From Escherichia coli (GTDB lineage: Bacteria; Pseudomonadota; Gammaproteobacteria; Enterobacterales; Enterobacteriaceae), in NCBI RefSeq assembly GCF_024223415.1, contig NZ_CP100500.1: DNA of 64,000 nt, one strand, 5' to 3'. This document shows, one piece after another, positions 33,298-47,419 of this stretch. Each line of letters opens with the position of its first letter. Position 1 is the first letter of the stretch. The notes under the pieces were generated by a model that did not search any database, was not told where the DNA came from, and saw only the letters and a program-made list of their open reading frames with translations. The position numbers were made by a program, and so were the translations under genes.

Positions 33298-34281
33298 ATG
33301 CCTAAAAAAATGAGAACAACCCGTAATCTATTATTAATGGCTACGCTATTAGGTAGCGCACTATTTGCCAGGGCTGCGGATAAAGAAATGACCATTGGCG
33401 CAATATACCTTGATACTCAGGGATATTACGCTGGAGTGCGTCAGGGCGTTCAGGATGCGGCAAAAGATTCTTCAGTACAGGTACAGTTAATTGAAACTAA
33501 CGCCCAGGGTGATATTTCGAAAGAAAGTACCTTTGTTGATACCCTCGTGGCGCGTAATGTCGATGCTATTATTTTATCGGCAGTGTCTGAAAATGGCAGT
33601 AGCCGTACCGTTCGTCGCGCCAGTGAAGCGGGTATTCCGGTGATTTGCTACAACACCTGTATTAATCAAAAGGGTGTCGATAAATATGTCTCGGCATATC
33701 TGGTGGGTGACCCGCTGGAATTTGGTAAAAAACTGGGTAACGCTGCCGCCGATTATTTTATTGCCAACAAAATTGACCAGCCGAAAATTGCCGTCATCAA
33801 TTGCGAAGCCTTTGAAGTTTGTGTGCAACGACGTAAAGGGTTTGAAGAAGTATTAAAAGCCCGCGTTCCCGGCGCGCAAATTGTCGCTAATCAGGAAGGG
33901 ACTGTTTTAGATAAAGCGATTTCCGTTGGTGAAAAACTGATTATCTCCACGCCGGATCTCAACGCCATTATGGGGGAATCGGGCGGTGCGACACTCGGCG
34001 CGGTAAAAGCGGTACGTAATCAAAATCAGGCCGGAAAAATTGCTGTTTTCGGTTCGGATATGACAACCGAAATTGCTCAGGAGCTGGAAAACAATCAGGT
34101 GCTGAAAGCGGTAGTGGATATTTCCGGTAAGAAAATGGGCAATGCTGTTTTCGCGCAAACATTGAAGGTTATCAATAAACAAGCCGACGGTGAAAAAGTG
34201 ATTCAGGTGCCTATCGATCTCTATACCAAAACGGAAGACGGTAAACAGTGGCTGGCAACGCACGTTGATGGTCTGCCCTAA
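33298..34281 (+). CDS. yphF: ABC sugar transporter periplasmic binding protein
   Basis: 327 aa with signal peptide; LacI/ribose-binding-like periplasmic protein; first gene of yphFED. Confidence 0.85.
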   Translation: MPKKMRTTRNLLLMATLLGSALFARAADKEMTIGAIYLDTQGYYAGVRQGVQDAAKDSSVQVQLIETNAQGDISKESTFVDTLVARNVDAIILSAVSENGSSRTVRRASEAGIPVICYNTCINQKGVDKYVSAYLVGDPLEFGKKLGNAAADYFIANKIDQPKIAVINCEAFEVCVQRRKGFEEVLKARVPGAQIVANQEGTVLDKAISVGEKLIISTPDLNAIMGESGGATLGAVKAVRNQNQAGKIAVFGSDMTTEIAQELENNQVLKAVVDISGKKMGNAVFAQTLKVINKQADGEKVIQVPIDLYTKTEDGKQWLATHVDGLP

Positions 34282-34303
34282 TCGCTGATTCGCAGAGGTC
34301 CCT

Positions 34304-35815
34304 ATGTTCACTGCAACAGAGGCAGTCCCGGTAGCAAAAGTGGTGGCAGGAAATAAGCGTTATCCCGGCGTCGTTGCGTTGGATAACGTTAACTTCACGC
34401 TCAATAAAGGCGAGGTTCGTGCGCTGTTAGGCAAAAACGGCGCGGGCAAATCGACCCTCATTCGAATGCTTACCGGCAGTGAACGTCCGGATAGCGGTGA
34501 AATCTGGATTGGCGAGACGCGACTGGAAGGTGACGAAGCTACGCTGACTCGCCGTGCCGCTGAACTGGGGGTACGCGCGGTTTATCAGGAGTTAAGTCTG
34601 GTGGAAGGGCTGACGGTGGCGGAAAACCTCTGCCTCGGTCAGTGGCCCCGCCGCAACGGCATGATTGATTACCTGCAAATGGCGCAGGATGCCCAACGTT
34701 GCTTACAGGCGCTGGGCGTTGACGTTAGTCCTGAACAACTTGTTTCAACGCTAAGCCCGGCGCATAAGCAGCTGGTGGAAATTGCGCGGGTGATGAAAGG
34801 CGAGCCGCGCGTGGTCATTCTTGATGAACCTACCAGTTCGCTTGCCAGTGCGGAAGTTGAACTGGTGATCAGCGCGGTGAAAAAGATGTCGGCACTGGGT
34901 GTGGCGGTGATTTATGTCAGCCACCGGATGGAAGAAATTCGCCGCATTGCCTCCTGTGCCACCGTTATGCGCGATGGTCAGGTGGCGGGCGATGTGATGC
35001 TCGAAAACACTTCCACGCATCATATTGTGTCGCTAATGCTAGGGCGCGATCACGTTGATATTGCGCCGGTTGCCCCTCAGGAAATTGTGGATCAGGCCGT
35101 GCTGGAAGTCCGTGCGTTACGCCATAAGCCCAAGCTGGAGGATATCAGCTTTACGCTACGTCGTGGCGAAGTGCTTGGCATTGCTGGCCTGCTGGGGGCA
35201 GGGCGCAGTGAATTGCTGAAAGCGATTGTTGGGCTGGAGACGTATGAACAGGGCGAAATTGTTATCAACGGCGAGAAAATCATGCGCCCCGATTACGGCG
35301 ACATGCTGAAACGCGGCATTGGCTATACGCCAGAAAACCGCAAAGAAGCGGGGATCATTCCCTGGCTGGGCGTTGACGAAAATACAGTGCTGACCAATCG
35401 GCAAAAAATCAGCGCCAACGGTGTGCTGCAATGGTCCACCATCCGCCGCCTGACCGAAGAGGTGATGCAGCGGATGACGGTCAAGGCCGCCAGTAGCGAA
35501 ACACCCATCGGCACGCTTTCTGGCGGCAATCAGCAAAAAGTGGTGATCGGTCGTTGGGTCTATGCCGCCAGCCAGATTTTGTTGCTCGACGAGCCAACGC
35601 GCGGCGTCGATATCGAAGCCAAACAGCAGATTTACCGTATTGTCCGTGAGCTGGCTGCCGAAGGAAAAAGCGTGGTGTTTATCTCCAGTGAAGTGGAGGA
35701 GTTACCGCTGGTGTGCGACCGCATTCTGTTGTTACAGCACGGTACGTTCTCGCAGGAGTTTCACGCTCCGGTCAATGTGGATGAGCTGATGTCCGCCATT
35801 CTGTCTGTGCACTGA
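34304..35815 (+). CDS. yphE: ABC sugar transporter ATP-binding protein (tandem ABC domains)
   Basis: 503 aa; Walker A GKNGAGKST; two ABC signature regions. Confidence 0.9.
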   Translation: MFTATEAVPVAKVVAGNKRYPGVVALDNVNFTLNKGEVRALLGKNGAGKSTLIRMLTGSERPDSGEIWIGETRLEGDEATLTRRAAELGVRAVYQELSLVEGLTVAENLCLGQWPRRNGMIDYLQMAQDAQRCLQALGVDVSPEQLVSTLSPAHKQLVEIARVMKGEPRVVILDEPTSSLASAEVELVISAVKKMSALGVAVIYVSHRMEEIRRIASCATVMRDGQVAGDVMLENTSTHHIVSLMLGRDHVDIAPVAPQEIVDQAVLEVRALRHKPKLEDISFTLRRGEVLGIAGLLGAGRSELLKAIVGLETYEQGEIVINGEKIMRPDYGDMLKRGIGYTPENRKEAGIIPWLGVDENTVLTNRQKISANGVLQWSTIRRLTEEVMQRMTVKAASSETPIGTLSGGNQQKVVIGRWVYAASQILLLDEPTRGVDIEAKQQIYRIVRELAAEGKSVVFISSEVEELPLVCDRILLLQHGTFSQEFHAPVNVDELMSAILSVH

Positions 35816-35839
35816 TGAATTTTACCGAGGAACCTGAAG

Positions 35840-36838
35840 ATGTCTGCTTCGTCATTACCATTGCCGCAGGGCAAGAGCGTCTCGCTCAAACAATTTGTCA
35901 GTCGCTATATTAATGAGATCGGTTTGCTGGTGGTGATTGCCATTCTTTATCTGGTCTTCTCCCTGAACGCGCCTGGCTTTATCTCATTGAATAACCAGAT
36001 GAACGTGCTGCGCGATGCCGCCACCATTGGGATTGCCGCCTGGGCGATGACGCTGATTATTATCTCCGGTGAAATTGATGTCAGCGTTGGGCCGATGGTG
36101 GCTTTTGTCTCGGTGTGCCTGGCATTTTTGCTGCAATTTGAAGTTCCGTTGGCGATTGCTTGTCTGCTGGTGTTGCTGTTAGGCGCGCTGATGGGAACGC
36201 TCGCCGGGGTGCTGCGTGGCGTGTTTAACGTGCCAAGTTTCGTGGCCACGCTGGGGCTGTGGAGCGCCCTGCGCGGAATGGGCTTGTTTATGACCAACGC
36301 CCTGCCAGTGCCGATTGACGAAAACGAGGTGCTGGACTGGCTGGGCGGACAATTTCTCGGTGTGCCGGTATCCGCGCTGATCATGATGGTGCTGTTTGCG
36401 CTGTTTGTGTTCATTAGCCGAAAAACCGCCTTCGGGCGCTCGGTTTTTGCCGTTGGCGGTAATGCCACGGCGGCGCAGTTGTGCGGTATTAACGTTCGTC
36501 GGGTACGCATTCTTATCTTTACCCTTTCGGGATTATTAGCGGCGGTGACCGGCATTTTGTTGGCGGCGCGCCTCGGTTCCGGTAACGCAGGTGCCGCAAA
36601 CGGTCTGGAGTTTGACGTCATCGCCGCGGTCGTGGTCGGCGGTACGGCGCTTTCCGGTGGTCGCGGCTCGTTGTTCGGTACGCTGCTTGGCGTACTGGTG
36701 ATTACGCTAATCGGTAACGGTCTGGTGCTGCTCGGGATTAACTCCTTTTTCCAGCAGGTGGTGCGCGGCGTCATCATCGTGGTGGCGGTGCTGGCGAATA
36801 TCTTGCTGACCCAGCGTAGCAGTAAAGCGAAACGCTAA
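35840..36838 (+). CDS. yphD: ABC sugar transporter permease
   Basis: 332 aa polytopic membrane protein; RbsC-like. Confidence 0.88.
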   Translation: MSASSLPLPQGKSVSLKQFVSRYINEIGLLVVIAILYLVFSLNAPGFISLNNQMNVLRDAATIGIAAWAMTLIIISGEIDVSVGPMVAFVSVCLAFLLQFEVPLAIACLLVLLLGALMGTLAGVLRGVFNVPSFVATLGLWSALRGMGLFMTNALPVPIDENEVLDWLGGQFLGVPVSALIMMVLFALFVFISRKTAFGRSVFAVGGNATAAQLCGINVRRVRILIFTLSGLLAAVTGILLAARLGSGNAGAANGLEFDVIAAVVVGGTALSGGRGSLFGTLLGVLVITLIGNGLVLLGINSFFQQVVRGVIIVVAVLANILLTQRSSKAKR

Positions 36839-36903
36839 ACCTTAACGCCCCTGGCGCGGGTGCGGCAGGGATGAAAATTAATCGTATTGTTAATGAGGGA
36901 TTT

Positions 36904-37965
36904 ATGAAAACGATGCTGGCAGCTTATTTACCAGGAAATTCGACCGTCGATCTGCGGGAAGTTGCAGTGCCGACGCCGGGGATTAACCAGGTACTGATCA
37001 AAATGAAATCCTCCGGAATTTGCGGAAGCGATGTCCACTATATCTACCACCAGCACCGCGCTACGGCGGCGGCACCCGATAAACCGTTGTACCAGGGATT
37101 TATCAACGGTCATGAACCGTGCGGGCAGATTGTGGCGATGGGGCAAGGCTGCCGCCATTTTAAAGAGGGCGACCGCGTGCTGGTGTATCACATTTCTGGC
37201 TGTGGTTTTTGCCCGAACTGCCGTCGCGGTTTTCCTATTTCTTGTACTGGCGAAGGAAAAGCGGCTTACGGCTGGCAGCGTGACGGCGGTCATGCCGAAT
37301 ACTTGCTGGCGGAAGAAAAAGATCTGATCCTCCTGCCGGATGCGCTGAGCTACGAAGATGGTGCGTTTATCAGTTGCGGCGTTGGCACGGCCTATGAAGG
37401 GATTTTGCGCGGCGAAGTTTCCGGCAGTGATAACGTGCTGGTGGTCGGTCTGGGGCCAGTCGGCATGATGGCGATGATGCTGGCGAAAGGTCGCGGTGCA
37501 AAACGGATTATCGGCGTTGATATGCTGCCGGAACGTCTGGCGATGGCAAAACAGTTAGGAGTGATGGATCACGGCTATTTAGCGACCACTGAAGGTCTGC
37601 CGCAGATAATCGCCGAACTCACTCACGGCGGCGCGGATGTTGCGCTTGATTGTTCCGGTAATGCCGCAGGTCGCTTACTGGCACTGCAATCCACCGCTGA
37701 CTGGGGGCGGGTGGTTTACATTGGTGAAACCGGAAAAGTGGAATTCGAGGTCAGCGCCGATCTGATGCACCATCAACGGCGGATTATTGGCTCCTGGGTG
37801 ACCAGTCTGTTCCATATGGAAAAATGCGCCCACGATTTGACTGACTGGAAGCTGTGGCCGCGTAACGCCATTACCCATCGCTTCTCGCTGGAACAGGCAG
37901 GTGATGCCTATGCGCTGATGGCGAGCGGCAAATGCGGGAAAGTTGTGATTAACTTCCCGGATTAA
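36904..37965 (+). CDS. yphC: Zinc-dependent alcohol dehydrogenase-family oxidoreductase
   Basis: 353 aa from MKTMLAAY; GHE zinc-binding motif and Rossmann GLGPVG. Confidence 0.88.
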   Translation: MKTMLAAYLPGNSTVDLREVAVPTPGINQVLIKMKSSGICGSDVHYIYHQHRATAAAPDKPLYQGFINGHEPCGQIVAMGQGCRHFKEGDRVLVYHISGCGFCPNCRRGFPISCTGEGKAAYGWQRDGGHAEYLLAEEKDLILLPDALSYEDGAFISCGVGTAYEGILRGEVSGSDNVLVVGLGPVGMMAMMLAKGRGAKRIIGVDMLPERLAMAKQLGVMDHGYLATTEGLPQIIAELTHGGADVALDCSGNAAGRLLALQSTADWGRVVYIGETGKVEFEVSADLMHHQRRIIGSWVTSLFHMEKCAHDLTDWKLWPRNAITHRFSLEQAGDAYALMASGKCGKVVINFPD

Positions 37966-37976
37966 GGAGTTAGCGG

Positions 37977-38848
37977 ATGACCATCTATACCTTATCCCAC
38001 GGGTCGCTAAAGCTGGGCGTTTCTGACCAGGGCGGCGTAATCGAAGGCTTCTGGCGCGATACGACGCCGCTCTTACGTCCTGGTAAAAAAGCGGTGTGGC
38101 AACCGATGCCTCTTGTTTTCCGCTGGTGCCGTTTGCAAACCGGGTGAGCGGCAACCGTTTTGTCTGGCAGGGGCGTGAGTATCAACTGCAACCGAATGTT
38201 GAGTGGGATGCGCACTATCTACACGGCGATGGCTGGCTGGGCGAGTGGCAATGTGTCTCGTGCAGCGATGATAGTTTGTGTCTGGTGTATGAACATCGCA
38301 GCGGTGTCTATCACTATCGGGTAAGTCAGGCGTTTCATTTAACGGCGGATACGCTGACGGTGACGCTCTCTGTCACCAATCAAGGGGCAGAGACGCTGCC
38401 ATTTGGTACCGGCTGGCATCCTTATTTTCCGTTGTCGCCGCAAACGCGGATTCAGGCACAGGCGAGCGGTTACTGGCTGGAGCGGGAGCAGTGGCTGGCG
38501 GGTGAGTTTTGCGAGCAGCTACCGCAAGAATTGGATTTTAACCAGCTCGCGCCGTTGCCGCGCCAGTGGGTGAACAATGGTTTTGCCGGATGGAATGGTC
38601 AGGCCCGCATCGAGCAGCCGCAGGAGGGTTATGCCATCATCATAGAAACGACGCCACCTGCACCGTGTTATTTCATCTTTGTTTCCGACCCGGCGTTTGA
38701 TAAAGGATATGCGTTTGATTTCTTCTGTCTGGAGCCGATGAGCCATGCGCCGGATGACCATCATCGCCCGGAAGGGGGGGACCTCATTGCGCTTGCGCCG
38801 GGGGAATCAACAACCTCAGAGATGTCGTTGCGGGTAGAGTGGCTGTAA
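37977..38848 (+). pseudogene. yphB: Aldose 1-epimerase-family gene yphB, apparently frameshifted at a poly-A tract
   Basis: ATG 37977 with SD AAGGAG encodes MTIYTLSHGS...LRPGKK and stops at 38149-38151; remainder of the protein continues in the +2 frame from 38087 to 38848; the frames meet at the A6 run 38085-38090. Confidence 0.55.
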
Positions 38849-38858
38849 TTTATAAAAT

Positions 38859-38890
38859 GCCGGATAAGGCGTTCACGCCGCATCCGGCAT
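38859..38890. repeat. REP (repetitive extragenic palindromic) element
   Basis: tgccggataaggcgttcacgccgcatccggca. Confidence 0.75.
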
Positions 38891-38895
38891 CTTTC

Positions 38896-39318
38896 CTAAC
38901 GGCGATCGAGAGAAATTGCCCCCGGCCCGGTAATTGCCAATAGCAAGAACGCGCCAGCGATGCTGATATTCTTCCAGAAATTAATCATATTTGGCCCAAC
39001 CGCATCGCCGGTCATATCCCAGTAATGGTGACCAATCACCGCCGTACCCAGCGTGTAGAAAATAAACAGTACCGCCAGCGGACGGGTGAAAAAGCCAAGC
39101 ACGATTAATATCGCGGCGGGCACTTCCATAACTACCGCAATAATCGCTGCCAGCATCGGCATCGGTGCGCCCAGCGAGGCCATATATTGGACCGTACCGT
39201 CAAAGCCCATCATTTTGGGAAAACCAAAAATAATGAAAATTAGGACCACGGCGATACGGGCAATTAATAACAAAACGGGGCGGGCAGCACCAAAATCAAA
39301 ATAACGTAGTGAGTTCAT
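38896..39318 (-). CDS. yphA: DoxX-family inner membrane protein
   Basis: 140 aa from [14 protein letters not shown]; multiple TM helices. Confidence 0.85.
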   Translation of the reverse strand: MNSLRYFDFGAARPVLLLIARIAVVLIFIIFGFPKMMGFDGTVQYMASLGAPMPMLAAIIAVVMEVPAAILIVLGFFTRPLAVLFIFYTLGTAVIGHHYWDMTGDAVGPNMINFWKNISIAGAFLLLAITGPGAISLDRR

Positions 39319-39414
39319 AACCAATCCCTTTGCAAGATAATGTGATTTAAACGTAATACACACTCTGGTACCTCGCCACGCCCCAGGCGTTGAGATATTC
39401 GCTAATTATCCTGG

Positions 39415-40626
<1,212 letters not shown>

Positions 40627-41439
40627 TTAAAGATCCAACCCAGCCGCTACGTGGCGAATGCCGCGAATTGCTAAACCCGCATCAGCGTTGATCATCACAC
40701 CGCTTAATGCGCGATTATTGCGCCGCGATGCCAACATCACATACGGACCCGTAAAATCAGCCGGTTGCGGGAAAAATTGCAGCGGTAAAATGGCGGCAAT
40801 TTTCTCCGGCGTCAGAGACTGCATTATTGAGGTTTCACTTTGCCCGAGCGCCTGTGGGCCGCGCAGGTCGCTGGCCATACCACAAGGGCCGACGCCATTC
40901 ACCCGTACTTTCGGAGCCAGTTCATAAGCCAGTTGGCGAATAAGCCCGGTTGCGGCATGTTTACTGGCGGTGTACAGCGGGCCACCGCCGCCGGGATACC
41001 AGGCGGCATTTGATAGTGTGAAAATCATGCTGCCTTCACCGGCGATTAACGCCGGAGCGCAGGCTTTTGCACCCAGCAGGTAACCGAGTACGTTGACGTT
41101 AAACAGCTCGTGGAAGCCGGTTTCGAGCGTCTCTGCGGGAGTATTAACCAGTGAGGCATTGTGATCCCAGATGCCCGCATTGCCGATAAAACAATCCAGC
41201 TTGCCGGAACGAGTCAGGATCTGATTGACCGCGCGTTGATAATCGGCATAACAGGTCACGTTGCCTTCCACCGCCAGAATATGTTCACCAAATCGCTGAC
41301 GCAGACTGGCGACTTTCGCCGCCGACAGTTCCAGCGTGGCAACCTGCGCGCCTTCTTCGATAAATCGCTCGACCAGCGCCAGCCCTAATCCCGATCCGCC
41401 GCCGGTAATAAAAATGGACTCGTTATGCAGATCGCTCAT
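40627..41439 (-). CDS. hcaB: 2,3-dihydroxy-2,3-dihydrophenylpropionate dehydrogenase (SDR family)
   Basis: 270 aa; SDR motif TGGGSGLG and catalytic YxxxK. Confidence 0.9.
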   Translation of the reverse strand: MSDLHNESIFITGGGSGLGLALVERFIEEGAQVATLELSAAKVASLRQRFGEHILAVEGNVTCYADYQRAVNQILTRSGKLDCFIGNAGIWDHNASLVNTPAETLETGFHELFNVNVLGYLLGAKACAPALIAGEGSMIFTLSNAAWYPGGGGPLYTASKHAATGLIRQLAYELAPKVRVNGVGPCGMASDLRGPQALGQSETSIMQSLTPEKIAAILPLQFFPQPADFTGPYVMLASRRNNRALSGVMINADAGLAIRGIRHVAAGLDL

Positions 41440-41755
41440 GGCTGCGCCTCCGGTAAGTCGATGAAAATGTCACCACCTTCAACGTGTACTGGATAAGTGG
41501 TGAGCGGATCGGTAGCGGGCAGGCATAACGCTTTCCCCGTTTTCAGGCAAAAACTGGCGGCGTGTAGCGGGCACTCCACCGTGGCGTCATCTTCCAGATA
41601 CCCTTCTGACATCGACGCATTACCATGGCTGCAACGATCGTTAATGGCATAAAACTCGCCGCCAACGTTGAACAGGGCGATGACGGGCGAGGTATCGATC
41701 CGGAGAGCCTCACCCTCCGGCACATCCGCAACGGGACACGCATAAATTCGATTCA

Positions 41756-41756
<1 letters not shown>
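41436..41756 (-). CDS. hcaC: Rieske-type ferredoxin subunit of 3-phenylpropionate dioxygenase
   Basis: 106 aa; Rieske CxH...CxxH motifs. Confidence 0.9.
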
Positions 41757-43668
<1,912 letters not shown>

Positions 43669-43767
43669 CTATTTTTGTGCCATAAGGATGTTGCTGGTTG
43701 GTTGCTAATATGTGAAATAGTTAATTTCTACCAGCTGAGACGTTTTTTCGATGACAAGGGGAAGGTG

Positions 43768-44658
43768 ATGGAACTACGGCATTTACGCTATTTCGTCGCA
43801 GTGGCGCAGGCACTGAACTTTACCCGTGCGGCGGAAAAACTGCATACCTCACAGCCTTCGTTAAGCAGCCAGATCCGCGATCTTGAAAACTGTGTCGGTG
43901 TTCCGTTACTGGTGAGGGATAAGCGCAAAGTCGCGTTGACGGCGGCGGGAGAATGTTTTCTCCAGGACGCGCTGGCAATCCTCGAACAAGCGGAAAATGC
44001 CAAATTACGGGCGCGGAAAATTGTTCAGGAAGACAGACAATTAACCATTGGCTTTGTGCCATCGGCGGAAGTGAATTTACTGCCAAAAGTATTACCGATG
44101 TTTCGTCTCAGACAGCCAGACACCTTGATTGAGCTGGTGAGTTTAATCACCACGCAACAGGAGGAAAAAATTCGCCGTGGTGAACTCGACGTCGGCTTAA
44201 TGCGCCATCCTGTTTATAGCCCGGAGATTGATTATCTGGAGCTTTTTGACGAACCATTAGTGGTGGTGTTACCGGTTGATCACCCTTTAGCACATGAAAA
44301 AGAGATCACCGCCGCGCAACTGGATGGCGTGAATTTCGTCAGTACCGATCCGGCGTATTCCGGTTCGCTTGCGCCGATCGTTAAAGCGTGGTTTGCACAA
44401 GAAAACAGCCAGCCAAATATCGTCCAGGTGGCAACGAATATTCTGGTGACCATGAATCTGGTGGGCATGGGGCTGGGCGTCACTTTGATACCCGGTTATA
44501 TGAATAATTTTAATACCGGGCAGGTTGTTTTTCGTCCCATTGCCGGAAATGTGCCTTCCATTGCTTTACTGATGGCGTGGAAGAAAGGGGAGATGAAGCC
44601 GGCATTACGCGATTTCATCGCCATTGTGCAGGAACGTTTGGCAAGCGTAACGGCATAA
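43768..44658 (+). CDS. hcaR: LysR-type transcriptional activator of the hca operon
   Basis: 296 aa from MELRHLRYFVAVAQ; divergent from hcaE. Confidence 0.9.
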   Translation: MELRHLRYFVAVAQALNFTRAAEKLHTSQPSLSSQIRDLENCVGVPLLVRDKRKVALTAAGECFLQDALAILEQAENAKLRARKIVQEDRQLTIGFVPSAEVNLLPKVLPMFRLRQPDTLIELVSLITTQQEEKIRRGELDVGLMRHPVYSPEIDYLELFDEPLVVVLPVDHPLAHEKEITAAQLDGVNFVSTDPAYSGSLAPIVKAWFAQENSQPNIVQVATNILVTMNLVGMGLGVTLIPGYMNNFNTGQVVFRPIAGNVPSIALLMAWKKGEMKPALRDFIAIVQERLASVTA

Positions 44659-44817
44659 TTACGCATTATCTTTGCAACATGCGTCACGGATCGCAGTTTT
44701 TGAGTGCTTGTGAACTGGCGTTACAGGCATCGGGAAGCAGGCTCGAATATTCTTATTTTTCAACTTGCACCAACATTCGATTAACTCCAGACTAACGCCT
44801 CCTGACGGGAGGGACTC

Positions 44818-45957
44818 ATGGTTTTGCAATCCACGCGCTGGTTGGCGCTCGGCTATTTCACATACTTTTTTAGTTACGGCATTTTTCTACCTTTCTGGAG
44901 CGTCTGGCTTAAAGGGATTGGTTTAACGCCAGAAACCATCGGCCTGTTATTGGGGGCAGGTCTGGTTGCCCGTTTTCTCGGGAGTTTGCTCATCGCGCCC
45001 CGCGTCAGCGATCCTTCTCGCCTGATTTCCGCCTTGCGCGTGCTGGCACTGCTGACACTTCTCTTTGCTGTCGCCTTCTGGGCGGGGGCGCACGTAGCGT
45101 GGCTGATGCTGGTGATGATTGGCTTTAACCTCTTTTTCTCACCGCTGGTACCGTTGACCGATGCACTGGCGAATACGTGGCAAAAGCAGTTCCCGCTTGA
45201 TTACGGCAAAGTGCGACTGTGGGGCTCGGTGGCGTTTGTCATTGGCTCGGCGCTGACGGGCAAACTGGTCACTATGTTTGATTATCGGGTGATCCTCGTG
45301 CTGTTGACGTTGGGCGTGGCATCCATGCTGCTCGGCTTTCTCATCCGTCCGACGATTCAGCCACAAGGGGCAAGCCGCCAACAGGAGAGCACCGGTTGGT
45401 CAGCGTGGTTGGCGCTGGTTCGCCAGAACTGGCGCTTTCTGGCCTGCGTTTGTTTATTGCAGGGGGCGCATGCGGCCTATTACGGTTTTAGCGCCATTTA
45501 CTGGCAGGCAGCTGGCTACTCGGCCTCGGCGGTGGGGTATTTGTGGTCGCTGGGCGTGGTGGCGGAAGTCATTATCTTTGCACTGAGTAATAAACTTTTC
45601 CGCCGTTGTAGTGCACGCGATATGCTGTTGATCTCGGCGATTTGCGGCGTAGTGCGCTGGGGCATTATGGGAGCAACTACGGCGTTGCCGTGGTTGATAG
45701 TGGTGCAAATTCTGCATTGCGGCACCTTCACGGTCTGCCACCTGGCCGCCATGCGCTATATTGCCGCTCGCCAGGGTAGCGAAGTCATCCGTTTACAGGC
45801 GGTTTACTCTGCCGTCGCGATGGGCGGCAGTATCGCTATCATGACCGTTTTCGCCGGTTTCCTGTATCAATATCTGGGCCACGGCGTGTTCTGGGTGATG
45901 GCGCTGGTGGCGCTTCCGGCAATGTTTTTGCGCCCGAAAGTTGTTCCCTCATGCTGA
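44818..45957 (+). CDS. hcaT: MFS transporter (probable 3-phenylpropionate transporter)
   Basis: 379 aa; 12-TM MFS topology. Confidence 0.88.
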   Translation: MVLQSTRWLALGYFTYFFSYGIFLPFWSVWLKGIGLTPETIGLLLGAGLVARFLGSLLIAPRVSDPSRLISALRVLALLTLLFAVAFWAGAHVAWLMLVMIGFNLFFSPLVPLTDALANTWQKQFPLDYGKVRLWGSVAFVIGSALTGKLVTMFDYRVILVLLTLGVASMLLGFLIRPTIQPQGASRQQESTGWSAWLALVRQNWRFLACVCLLQGAHAAYYGFSAIYWQAAGYSASAVGYLWSLGVVAEVIIFALSNKLFRRCSARDMLLISAICGVVRWGIMGATTALPWLIVVQILHCGTFTVCHLAAMRYIAARQGSEVIRLQAVYSAVAMGGSIAIMTVFAGFLYQYLGHGVFWVMALVALPAMFLRPKVVPSC

Positions 45958-47229
45958 TTCGAGCATTTTGCGGATCTGCTCCTGTTGATGTGTTGTCAGT
46001 GTCAGGTCCGTATAGATCAGCGGTGGTGAAAAGAGCGGTAACGGCATGGTATAAGGAGCAATAATCAGTGCCGCGCCACGCGGAGCGCCTGTCTGCAAAA
46101 ATGCCTTTACCGACATATGTTTAATGTTGAGCGGCAGTAACGTTAATTCGCGTAACTGCTGCTCAATCTGCGCTTCTCGCTCGCTATCATTCCCGGTCAG
46201 TAGAATAATCTGTTTTTCATGCAGATCGTTTTCCTGCATTAGCCAGGCACCGAAAATCACCGCGACCAGACCACTTTCCTCATCAGAAAGATGGACGCCG
46301 TATTCACTTTCAAATCCGGCCAGCGCCGCGCGGGTGGTGCGTACCAGGCGTGGATACAGTCTGGCGAACTCTTCCGGCAGGGTATTATCAATACCGATAG
46401 CAAACAAACTGCGATTTAACGCCTGGGCGAGGTGGGTATAAAGCTGATCACATAACCCCTGTTCAGCATAAAAACGAACATTTCCCAGCTCACGAAAATG
46501 GTTTACCAGACGTTTGATAGACTGACGCAATTGTCTGTCCCGCTGATGCGCATCCCGCAATGGATCGGGAACCCGCAACATGGAAAAAAGTAGTGCCATA
46601 AACAGTGGCTCATCAGGTGGTACAGGCTGGAGCGCCCGACGCTGCCAGTGGCGTCCAATTTCCTGCGCTACCTGAAATTCAAGGCAGGATTCCGCCCAGC
46701 GACGTTGGAGCGGATTAAACTGAGGCGTAATTCCAGCGTGGTGCTGCAGCAAACAATATTGCAGATACAGACACAGGAAATGAATATCGCGCGATTCAAA
46801 GCGTTTTTGCAGCCGTCGGGAGCAGAGATTCACTAACGCTTGTAGATTGGTATCGTCGTAAAAGTTACGCGCAATTCCGCGCCGCTTCAGTTCACTCTTC
46901 AGGGCGGGGGTGAATTGGCTGGTAATAAATGACGGACACAGACGGAAACCACGTCGTAGCCAGTGAAATAAACACAAACGTTGGTTAAGCACTGTACCTT
47001 CAACCCGGTAGCTACCGTCATAACCAGTCGTCAGTGTGAGTTGATGATAGCGCAGGATCTCCCGTCCTGTTTCGCTGATATCAAGACTGGCAATATCATC
47101 ATCCACACCATTAAGCTCGCTGAAGGTTGCCATGGTGGCGGTCAACCCCGGCTGAAAGAGCGTCAGCAAGATCTGGCAGCGGCGCTGGGGAGCCGAAAGG
47201 ACAGATGGTGGAGCAAGCGTAGGCATCAT
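45949..47229 (-). CDS. csiE: Stationary-phase inducible protein CsiE
   Basis: 426 aa from MMPTLAPPSVLSAPQRR; 3' end overlaps hcaT 3' end (convergent). Confidence 0.85.
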   Translation of the reverse strand: MMPTLAPPSVLSAPQRRCQILLTLFQPGLTATMATFSELNGVDDDIASLDISETGREILRYHQLTLTTGYDGSYRVEGTVLNQRLCLFHWLRRGFRLCPSFITSQFTPALKSELKRRGIARNFYDDTNLQALVNLCSRRLQKRFESRDIHFLCLYLQYCLLQHHAGITPQFNPLQRRWAESCLEFQVAQEIGRHWQRRALQPVPPDEPLFMALLFSMLRVPDPLRDAHQRDRQLRQSIKRLVNHFRELGNVRFYAEQGLCDQLYTHLAQALNRSLFAIGIDNTLPEEFARLYPRLVRTTRAALAGFESEYGVHLSDEESGLVAVIFGAWLMQENDLHEKQIILLTGNDSEREAQIEQQLRELTLLPLNIKHMSVKAFLQTGAPRGAALIIAPYTMPLPLFSPPLIYTDLTLTTHQQEQIRKMLESA

Positions 47230-47419
47230 CTGTAGATCTCCCATAAGCATAATTGATAAGAATAGCTAAAGTTTGCTCAGGGAAATGGCGAAGGGAATGC
47301 TAATCATCAGAAATGTTGGCAAGCGTCACAGAATTTTTCTCATCTTAAACTGTTCTGACCAGTGGATTAGCATGTCTTAAGGTGGTTTTGTGAATGATTA
47401 TCGTGCTAGCGATCATGGG

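Noticed and set aside
35947-36777. 276-aa minus-strand ORF
   Set aside because: Antisense to the yphD permease; Pro/Thr/Ala-rich artefact.
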